This document shows positions 56,899 to 64,000 of a DNA stretch of 64,000 nucleotides, one piece after another. The translations under genes and the position numbers were made by a program. The notes below the pieces were generated by a model, which was given only the letters and a program-made list of their open reading frames with translations, was not told where the DNA came from and did no database searches. The stretch is taken from contig JAWCKR010000002.1 in the NCBI GenBank assembly GCA_038851755.1, positions 55,557 through 119,556 on the forward strand. The letters are read 5' to 3'. The DNA comes from Candidatus Hadarchaeales archaeon. Its GTDB lineage: Archaea > Hadarchaeota > Hadarchaeia > Hadarchaeales > WYZ-LMO6. How positions within the stretch are numbered: position 1 is the stretch's first letter; every line of letters begins with the position of its first letter.

Positions 56899-57627
56899 GT
56901 TGAAGGAGGCGGGGTCCTCCACCATGGAGAGGTGGCCCACCTCCCTGAGGATCACCAGCGAGGAGCCCTGGATGTGCTGGTGGAGGTACTCGTGGTACCA
57001 GACGGGGGTGAGCATGTCCTCGGTCCCGCCCAGGATCAGGGTGGGCTTTTTGATCTCGGAGAGCCTGCTCCTGCAGTCGAAGGCGTTGCAGGCCTCGAAG
57101 TCCGCCACCCCCACCTCCGGCCTCGTGCCCTCCATCTCCAGCTTCAGCCCCTCCAGCTCCGCATCCCTCCTCCTTCCCTTCCTCCCGAGCATGCTCTTCC
57201 ATCCCACCTCCAGGGCCCCCCTGAAGTTCTCCCTGAGCATCTCCAGGAGGAGGGGCGAGACACCGAGCTTGGCGCCCGTGTTGGCCAGCACCAGCGATTT
57301 GACCTTTTCGGGGTGGTCGAGGGCGAGCTGAAGGGCCACGGCCCCTCCCATGGAGTGGCCCACCACCACCGCCTCTTCGGTTCCCAGGGCCTCCATCATC
57401 CCCGCCACCACCTCCGCATACCCTTTGATGGAGGCTTCCGGAAGGGGGTCCGAACCGCCGTGCCCCGGCAGGTCGGGTGCGATCGCCAGGTACTTCCCCC
57501 TGAGGGCCTCCAGCTGCGGCCTCCAGAGGGAATGGGTGAGGATGGCGCCGTGTAGCAGGTACACGGGGAAGCCTTCTCCATCCCTCTCGTAGAAAACCTT
57601 CAAGCCGCCGACTTCCTGGTGGGGCAC
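56863..57627 (-). CDS. Alpha/beta fold hydrolase
   Basis: LLHG, DLPGHG, GHSMGG, GTED and GHL. Confidence 0.9.
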   Translation of the reverse strand: MPHQEVGGLKVFYERDGEGFPVYLLHGAILTHSLWRPQLEALRGKYLAIAPDLPGHGGSDPLPEASIKGYAEVVAGMMEALGTEEAVVVGHSMGGAVALQLALDHPEKVKSLVLANTGAKLGVSPLLLEMLRENFRGALEVGWKSMLGRKGRRRDAELEGLKLEMEGTRPEVGVADFEACNAFDCRSRLSEIKKPTLILGGTEDMLTPVWYHEYLHQHIQGSSLVILREVGHLSMVEDPASFNSALLDFLGRTV

Positions 57628-57738
57628 ACCCCCAACCCCCTACTCCCTTCGCCTTCCCCTTTATATGGGTTGCTCCATTTTGGAGTCCTAACATGGAAAA
57701 CCAGGGAAGATTTTTACCCGGCGGGCGAAGGGGAGGAG

Positions 57739-58158
57739 ATGAGGGTCCTGCTGGACGAGATGTACAGCGGGCTGAAGCCCTTCCTCAGGCTCCTGGGCTG
57801 GGAGGTGCGCACGGTGGAGGAGGAGGGGCTCAGGGGGGCGGAGGACGAGAGGGTGGTGGAGCAGGCGGGGAGGAGGGGACTGGTGCTGGTGACCCAGGAG
57901 CAGAGGGTCTCGGAGCTCGCGAAGCTGAGGGGCGTGCCCTGCGTGCTGGTGGGCTCCGGGGACATAGCCAGGATCGTGGACGAGAAGCTCAGGGAGCTCA
58001 GGGCTGGGCCCAGGCCCGTCCCTCCGGAGGTCCCGCCTCCCAGGCCGGCCCCCTCGATCACGAGAGGCGCACCGGTGCGCTCGGGGAGGAGGTCGGGAGA
58101 GCGCACGAGGAGAAAGGTCTCCCGTGGCCCCAGGAGAAGGTCTGGTTTCGAAAGGTGA
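57739..58158 (+). CDS. PIN-like (DUF5615/Mut7-C) protein
   Basis: MRVLLDEM...LRLLGW...GAED...VLVT. Confidence 0.75.
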   Translation: MRVLLDEMYSGLKPFLRLLGWEVRTVEEEGLRGAEDERVVEQAGRRGLVLVTQEQRVSELAKLRGVPCVLVGSGDIARIVDEKLRELRAGPRPVPPEVPPPRPAPSITRGAPVRSGRRSGERTRRKVSRGPRRRSGFER

Positions 58159-58230
58159 GTCCCCCCTCCGATGCCCGGGGCGACGGGCGGTTCCTATCGT
58201 TATAATGAAAGGGCGACAGAGAGGATATTG

Positions 58231-58761
58231 ATGAAGACCTACGCCGCGATCCAGCGGGAGGTGGACAGGTTCCTGGGCCGCAACTGGAAGGAGGTCTTCC
58301 AGGTCTGGTGGAGCTGCGTGGACGACGTGAGCAGGAGCCTGGAGGATGCGGTCTCCATGGGTTTCGGAGGGGGATCGGTGGGCATGATCCTCTACGACGC
58401 GGGGGCGAACTCGGGGAGGCAGGTCTACCGGTGGCTGAGCGGTGCCATGAAGCTGGGGGCCAAGAGCGTGAAGGAGAGGACCCTCTACACCGACGCCTTC
58501 TTCACCCGCAGCGGGATGGCCGAGGCGGTGGAGTTCCTCAGGGAGGGCGAGAAGAACATCCTGAGGTACAAGGGGGGGACCATCTTCGCCAGGAAGAAGG
58601 GCGTGATAGGGAGGAGGGTGTGCCACTACACCGCGGGCTTCATCGCGGGGGCCACGTGCCTGATCACGGGGAAGGAATATGTGGTGGAAGAGGTGAGGTG
58701 CCACTCCAACGGGGAGAGGGACTGCGACTTCTGGGTGAAGCCCTTCGCCCTGGTGAGGTAG
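58231..58761 (+). CDS. V4R domain protein
   Basis: ILYDAG...CHYTAGFIAG...EVRC...G...CDF; start approximate. Confidence 0.82.
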   Translation: MKTYAAIQREVDRFLGRNWKEVFQVWWSCVDDVSRSLEDAVSMGFGGGSVGMILYDAGANSGRQVYRWLSGAMKLGAKSVKERTLYTDAFFTRSGMAEAVEFLREGEKNILRYKGGTIFARKKGVIGRRVCHYTAGFIAGATCLITGKEYVVEEVRCHSNGERDCDFWVKPFALVR

Positions 58762-58833
58762 CGGGCTGCGAAGCAGGGTGAGCGCGGGTTCCGGGGTCGG
58801 GGACGTCTCGATTAAAGGTTGGGAAAAGAGGAG

Positions 58834-58935
58834 ATGTCCGTCCCGGTGATCTGCGAGATAAGCTCCGACAACACCGGGCTTGCCCTCGCCGACCATCTTT
58901 TTTCATTAGTTTCCTTTTGGAAACGAAATTTTTAA
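58834..58935 (+). pseudogene. Degenerate 5' fragment of cas2
   Basis: MSVPVICEISSDNTGLALADHLF aligns with the Cas2 start MPTLVIYDISSDESRTKLADRLF; shared DNA blocks GGTGATCT, ATAAGCTCCGAC and CTCGCCGACC. Confidence 0.75.
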
Positions 58936-58960
58936 TGTTCGTTTCCTTAGGTGAACTTAT

Positions 58961-59685
58961 ATGAGACTTAAAGAGCTTCTCGGGCTCCAAAATGAGTGGA
59001 TGACTGAAAGGGTTAAGGAAGACTTGGCCCCCCTTCAGGCGCGATGTTTTCGGACAATTGAAGGGGATGATTGACACAAGACAGGTGGCTGTGGTAACGG
59101 GTCTGAGAGGGGTCGGCAAAACCACACTTTTCTACCAGCTCATCCAAGATCCGATTCAGAAGGTGGAGCCGAAGCAGATCCTCTACTTTTCCTTTGATGA
59201 GAAGGTTGAGACCTCAAAAAATATTGGATGAGTACCAGAGAATAACGGGCGTGGGATGGAAGAAGGAAAAGATCTACGCCTTCCTCGACGAGAGCCATAA
59301 ACTTGAGGGCTGGGGCTCAAAGCTCAAACTGCTCTACGACGCCTTTCCAAACATAAAGTTCTTCGCTTCAGGCTCAAGCTCCGTGGAGCTGGAGAGGGAG
59401 GCATATTCAAATCTCGTCGGAAGGCACTTCCTCCTCAAGGTGGACCCCCTTTCGCTGAAGGAATTTTTCGAACTCAAAAGCGGCAAAAAGGTCGATGATT
59501 TTGAAGTATGGAGGGAGAACTCTTCCTGACATTTCCTGAATACCTGAAAAACCGTTCCCAGAAATTGTCAGGGAAGGAGACGAGAGGAGGATAATGGAGT
59601 ATCTGAGGGAAAACGTGATCGGCAAGATAGTTTACCGGGGCCTGCCCAAGAAGTTCAAAAACGTCAATGAGGGCGCTTCCTAAAT
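58961..59685 (+). pseudogene. Frameshifted, truncated AAA_14-type ATP-binding protein
   Basis: Pieces in different frames: QNEW, GLRGVGKTT, LYFSFDE, FLDESH, SGSSS, LVGRH...PLSLKEF and PFPEIV. Confidence 0.8.
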
Positions 59686-59771
59686 TAACTACATCGGGAT
59701 GCTTGAGTTCTTGCGGTTTGCAAAATCTCCACCATAAGTTACTTATACTCATAGTTTTCTGAAGTATAAGC

Positions 59772-60926
59772 ATGTACTTCGACCTCCAACCCAAGAGCAG
59801 GGTAGAGGACCTCTTCGACATGGAGGACGAGCTGGAGCGCCTCCTCTCGCTGCTCAAGGGGAGGAGGGCAGCCTTCCCCATGGTTGTGGTGAAAGGCAGG
59901 AGGAGGACGGGCAAGACCTCCCTGATAAAGACCGCCCTTACGGTGTCCGACTTGCCCCACGCCCTCCTCGATGGGATGGCATTCTCAGAAATGCCCAGGA
60001 TAAAAAAGCGGAGCCTCCTGAGGTTCATGGAGCAAGAGCTCAACAGATGCGTGAGGGAGCAGGCGAGTTGGAGAAAAAGGATGCTCGAGGTCCTACGGGG
60101 GGTGAGGTGGGTGAGGGTGGACTCGGAACCTCCTTGGGTGCATTTCGAGTGGGACAGGCCAGATCGTGAGCTTGATCCCCTCGACCTCATCCAATCCTTC
60201 AGGGAGCTCGCGGCGGAGGCACGGACCAAGTTCATTTTGGTGCTGGATGAGGCCCAGGAGTTTAAGAGGATGGTCGGCCTGAGCTTCCAGAGGCTGCTCG
60301 CCCACCTCTATGACCACGTCCATGAGATCCAAATCATCGCCAGCGGCTCCCAGGTGGGGCTCCTCCACGACTTTCTGGGCACCCATGATGCTTCCTCCCC
60401 CCTCTTCGGCAGGGGGATGGCGGAGGTCGAGGTTTCAGGGCTCCCCCCCGAAAAGGCCTTGGAGTTCCTCAAAGCAGGGTTGGAACAGGCGGGCCTTGAG
60501 GCCGATCATGCGGTGATCGGTTCCGTCGTTCAGAAATTGGGGGGGACCATCGGCTGGCTTACCCTTTTTGGAGCCAAGGCGGTGGAGGCCGGGAGGGTGT
60601 CCGATGAGGTCCTCGACTCCACGATCAAAACCGCTTCTGAGCTTGAGGCTAGAGAGTTCTCCAACTTCCTCAAGGTGAGAAAGCGTGCGAGCGGGAGGTA
60701 CTTCGCGATCATGCAGGCCGCCGCTAGGATGGGGGAGGCCTCTTGGGTAAACCTCAAGAAAAGCCTGGAGGTGGAGGAGGGGAAAAAGGTGGCCGACAAC
60801 ATCTTCTCGAACTTGCTTCAGGAACTTGTAAAGGCGGGTTTCATTGAGAAAAGGGGGGAGGTTTATTCCATCGCAGACCCGATCATGCGGAGGGTATTTC
60901 AAGTTGGACTGGTGAGAATGCACTGA
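59772..60926 (+). CDS. Archaeal AAA ATPase with C-terminal wHTH
   Basis: YFDLQPK, GRRRTGKTSL, LDEAQ, SGSQVGLL, PLFGR, GWL and YSIADP. Confidence 0.88.
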   Translation: MYFDLQPKSRVEDLFDMEDELERLLSLLKGRRAAFPMVVVKGRRRTGKTSLIKTALTVSDLPHALLDGMAFSEMPRIKKRSLLRFMEQELNRCVREQASWRKRMLEVLRGVRWVRVDSEPPWVHFEWDRPDRELDPLDLIQSFRELAAEARTKFILVLDEAQEFKRMVGLSFQRLLAHLYDHVHEIQIIASGSQVGLLHDFLGTHDASSPLFGRGMAEVEVSGLPPEKALEFLKAGLEQAGLEADHAVIGSVVQKLGGTIGWLTLFGAKAVEAGRVSDEVLDSTIKTASELEAREFSNFLKVRKRASGRYFAIMQAAARMGEASWVNLKKSLEVEEGKKVADNIFSNLLQELVKAGFIEKRGEVYSIADPIMRRVFQVGLVRMH

Positions 60927-61213
60927 TGCCCACCCTGGTGATCTACGACATAAGCTCCGACGAGAGCAGGACGAAGCTCGCCGACCGCCTCTTCGACTAC
61001 GGCCTGCAGAGGATCCAGTACAGCGCCTTCAAGGGGGAGTTGAACGCCCACGACAGGGAGGTCCTGGTGAAGGAGCTTCCGAAGTTCATAGGGGGGGAGA
61101 GAGACTCGATCTACGTCATACCCCTGTGCGAGCGCTGCGCCAGGCTGTGCAGGATAGTCTCCGAGAAGCCTGTCCCCTCCCTCGTGGAGGAGGACAGGGT
61201 AAAGCTCGTGTGA
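60926..61213 (+). CDS. cas2: CRISPR-associated endonuclease Cas2
   Basis: LVIYDIS...YGLQRIQYSAFKG...CERC. Confidence 0.95.
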   Translation: MPTLVIYDISSDESRTKLADRLFDYGLQRIQYSAFKGELNAHDREVLVKELPKFIGGERDSIYVIPLCERCARLCRIVSEKPVPSLVEEDRVKLV

Positions 61214-61257
61214 GGGAAAGGGAAAAAGGTCCGAAGGGCGAGCTTTAGGGGAGGCCA

Positions 61258-62142
61258 GTGGTGTTCTTCCTCTCCGCCCAGGAACACAAGCTCCTCCTCA
61301 ACCGCGTCCTCCCCCTGGCGAGGGAGGTGGGCGTGACCCAGGAGCTGAGGGGATGGAACTGGTGGAGGGAACCGCTGAAGCCCTACTACCCGGAGCGCAT
61401 CTCCATGTTCTCCGTCTGCGGGAAGTTCTGTCCCACGGGCAGGGACGTCTACCTGATGTACGTGGAGAAAAAGCAGGGGAAGCCCACGCAGGAGATCCTG
61501 CTGGGGGCCATGGCCCACAACCTGCTGGAGCACCTCTTCGGGTCCTGCAGGCAGGGGAGGTTCGACCTGGGCTTCGAGGAGTGGTGGAAGGGGGAGCTGG
61601 GGAGGAGGGGGGAGGTGGAGAACGCCGGGGCCCTCCGCTCCTGCCTGGAGCCCCTCTGGGAGCTGGTGCTGAGCCAGGCCAGGGCCGCCTACCTGGAAAC
61701 GAGGGCCGCCCACCCGTACGCGGACGAGCCCCACGTGCTGGCGGTGGCCCTCCCCTTCCTGGTGGAGCACAAGCTGGACGGGAGGCTGCTGGGCCTGAGC
61801 GGTACCCTGAGCGTGGACTGCTACGACTACCTCAGGCACCTCATCTTCGACGTGAAGGTGGGAGGGCCCCCCCGGGACTTCTACCGCCTCTACCCCACCG
61901 GTTACGCCCTGGTCTTCGAGAGCCTGTACGAGGTGCCCGTGGACGTGGGGTGCTCCGTCCACGTGGGCTTCAGGAACGGGAGGGTGGTGGTGAATCGGGA
62001 CCTCTTCTTCATCAACGATGACCTGAGGAACTGGTGGTTGGAGGAGAGGGACAGGAAGCTGGAGCTGGTGGCGCAGAGGAGGGACCCGGGCAGGCCGGCG
62101 GAGTGCAGGCAGAGCTGTCTCTTCTCGGAGGTGTGCGCATGA
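61258..62142 (+). CDS. csa1: Type I-A CRISPR-associated Cas4-like protein Csa1
   Basis: ELRGWNW, CPTGRDVYL, EHKLDGRLLGLS, DVK, GYAL and C-terminal Cys cluster. Confidence 0.92.
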   Translation: MVFFLSAQEHKLLLNRVLPLAREVGVTQELRGWNWWREPLKPYYPERISMFSVCGKFCPTGRDVYLMYVEKKQGKPTQEILLGAMAHNLLEHLFGSCRQGRFDLGFEEWWKGELGRRGEVENAGALRSCLEPLWELVLSQARAAYLETRAAHPYADEPHVLAVALPFLVEHKLDGRLLGLSGTLSVDCYDYLRHLIFDVKVGGPPRDFYRLYPTGYALVFESLYEVPVDVGCSVHVGFRNGRVVVNRDLFFINDDLRNWWLEERDRKLELVAQRRDPGRPAECRQSCLFSEVCA

Positions 62143-63158
62143 GGCTGGTGGTGGACGGCTTCGGGAAGTTCGTGGGGAGGAAGGGAGAGACCATAGTGGT
62201 GAGGGAGAACGGGAAGACCGTGGCGCGCCTCCAGCCCCAGGAGCTGGAGCAGGTGATCATCTCGGGGAAGGGAGCGGTGAGCACGGACGCCCTGAGGCTG
62301 CTGGCGGAGCACGGGGTGGACGTGCTCATCGTGGACTTTCGGGGTGAGGTGAAGGCCAGGCTCTCCTCCCCGGAGATGAGGACGGTGAGCACGAGGAGGG
62401 AGCAGTACCTTGCGTATGGGGATGGGAGGGGAGTGGGTGTGGCCAAGGCCGTGGCAGGGGCGAAGCTGAAGAACCAGGCCGCCGTCCTCCAGACACTGGC
62501 CAAGAAGAGAGTGGAAACGGCTCCTCCTCTGGCGGGGAGGTTGCGAGCCGCGGCGGAGGAGATGGTGAAGCTCCTACCTGAGCTGGAGGCGGTGGAGGGG
62601 AAGAAGGTGGAGGAGGTGAGGGAGAGGATAATGAACCTGGAGGGGAGGGGGGCGCAGCTCTACTGGGAAGCCCTGGCGGGGATCTTCGAGGGATGGGGCT
62701 TCGAGGGGAGGAGCGGGAGATACGCCACCGATCCCGTGAACGCCATGCTGAACTACGGCTACGGGATTTTGCTGGGGGAGGTTTGGAGGGCGGTGCACTA
62801 CGCCGGGCTGGATCCCTATGGGGGCTTCCTGCACGCCGACAGACCGGGCAGGCCGAGCTTGGTCCTGGATTTGATGGAGGAGTTCAGACCGCATGTGGTG
62901 GACAGGATGGTGGTGGGAATGGTGAGCAAGAGGATGGTCTCCAAGGAGGGCTTTGAGGTGGTGGACGGGGTGTGCCAGATGAGGGAGGAGGTCAGGAGGT
63001 TCTACCTCCAGGAGCTTCTCAGGAGGCTGGAAGAAGAGGTGAGGTTCGAGGACCTGAGGCTCACCTGGGGTGGGCTCTTCCTCCACCAGGCCAGGAAGCT
63101 GGCGAGGTTCCTGAGGGGTGAGCTGGGGAGGTATGAGGGGTTCTGGCAGCGCTGGTGA
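62139..63158 (+). CDS. cas1: CRISPR-associated endonuclease Cas1
   Basis: EGRGA..YW, DPVNAMLNYGY, GLDPYGGFLH and SLVLDLMEEFR. Confidence 0.96.
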   Translation: MRLVVDGFGKFVGRKGETIVVRENGKTVARLQPQELEQVIISGKGAVSTDALRLLAEHGVDVLIVDFRGEVKARLSSPEMRTVSTRREQYLAYGDGRGVGVAKAVAGAKLKNQAAVLQTLAKKRVETAPPLAGRLRAAAEEMVKLLPELEAVEGKKVEEVRERIMNLEGRGAQLYWEALAGIFEGWGFEGRSGRYATDPVNAMLNYGYGILLGEVWRAVHYAGLDPYGGFLHADRPGRPSLVLDLMEEFRPHVVDRMVVGMVSKRMVSKEGFEVVDGVCQMREEVRRFYLQELLRRLEEEVRFEDLRLTWGGLFLHQARKLARFLRGELGRYEGFWQRW

Positions 63159-63732
63159 GATAAGTGCCTGGGAAGTATACCAGTACTTTTACTGCCCGAG
63201 GAAGCTCTACTTCATCAGGAAGCTGGGGCTGTATCCCCCGGAGAGGAAGAAGGTGGGGCTGGGGGGTGAGCAGCACGGTAGGGAGCCGGGGAGGACCGGA
63301 CGCAGGAAGAGGGTCTACGGGTTTCCCCTGGAGGAGGTGGATCGGGTCCTGCACGACCTCCCCCTGGAGGACCGGGAGATGGGACTTTTCGGGAAGGCGG
63401 ACACGGTGGTGAGGCTAAGGAGCGGGGAGATGGTGCCGGTCGATGTGAAGTATTCGGATTTGCCTCACGTTTCGAGGGCGTGGAGGAAGCAGATGCTGGC
63501 TTATGCCGTGCTGCTTGAGAGGGCGCTGGGGGTGAGGATCAAGAGGGGCCTCATCTACCTCCTGCCCTCCCACCGGACCTTCTGGTTGAGCATTCTACCC
63601 GAGGAGAAGGCAGCTTTGAGGAGGGATTTGGAGAGGATACGAGAGATGATAGTTTCCGATCAGGTTCCCAGGGCTGCCAGTCCAGAGCATTGCGGGTACT
63701 GTGAGGTGGCGAAGTTCTGCAAGAGAGTGTAG
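63133..63732 (+). CDS. cas4: CRISPR-associated exonuclease Cas4
   Basis: YCPRK, GKAD, DVK, QMLAYA and CGYC...C. Confidence 0.93.
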   Translation: MRGSGSAGEISAWEVYQYFYCPRKLYFIRKLGLYPPERKKVGLGGEQHGREPGRTGRRKRVYGFPLEEVDRVLHDLPLEDREMGLFGKADTVVRLRSGEMVPVDVKYSDLPHVSRAWRKQMLAYAVLLERALGVRIKRGLIYLLPSHRTFWLSILPEEKAALRRDLERIREMIVSDQVPRAASPEHCGYCEVAKFCKRV

Positions 63733-63853
63733 TTTCGGGAAAAGGCGAAAGGTTGTGAACTTCTTTATAAATCCCCCCTGCAAAAACCGAAGTTCACAAA
63801 CCTGAACACAAAATCCTAAAGAATGAATAGAAAAAAGAAAAGATGAGAGGGGG
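63733..63853 (+). promoter_or_regulatory. CRISPR leader (AT-rich, TATA-like TTTATAAA near 63764)
   Basis: Non-coding A-rich stretch between cas4 and the first repeat. Confidence 0.75.
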
Positions 63854-64000
63854 GTTTCAATAAGGTGCCTCTGAAAATGAGGATTGAAAGTGGCCTCGGG
63901 CGCCAGCATAGCTTTTGGTGCCGTGGTTTCAATAAGGTGCCTCTGAAAATGAGGATTGAAAGGGAAGCCTAGATATTATTGCCCTTATTGTCATCTGGGT
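63854..64000 (+). CRISPR. Start of a CRISPR array; 37-nt repeat GTTTCAATAAGGTGCCTCTGAAAATGAGGATTGAAAG
   Basis: Identical repeats at 63854-63890 and 63926-63962, a 35-nt spacer, a second spacer of about 36 nt, ATTGAAAG 3' end, adjacent cas genes. Confidence 0.93.

Overview
GC-rich archaeal chromosome segment. BRE/TATA-type promoters, TFE, aEF-1beta, NAC, intron-containing tRNAs and the archaeal aroA'/aroB' route support this; a thermophilic, possibly Hadarchaeota-like anaerobe is inference only. Most of the window is housekeeping and energy metabolism: a FAD/Fe-S oxidoreductase pair; two HdrC-HdrB pairs interleaved with thiolase, DUF35 and an ADP-forming acyl-CoA ligase next to etfBA; hdrA-mvhD with hypF/mrp/hypA/hypE; a tyrA-aroE-aroD-aroB'-aroA' operon; a pilin with two MinD genes; hppA, rsmA, ahcY and nth. 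There are three tRNAs: Trp-CCA with a C/D-guide intron, Arg-CCG, and Arg-TCG with a short intron. A lower-GC accessory island of about 9.7 kb (about 13.8-23.5 kb) sits against the 3' end of tRNA-Arg(CCG). It carries an RNase J-like nuclease, a metallopeptidase-VWA plus MoxR-like AAA pair, a soluble FtsH-like protease with a wHTH gene, a UDG-like protein, orphan ORFs and several gene relics. The right end holds a type I-A-like adaptation module (ATPase-cas2-csa1-cas1-cas4), a leader and the start of a CRISPR array; a decayed cas2 copy and a frameshifted ATPase lie just upstream. All family assignments come from reading motifs by eye; no searches were run.
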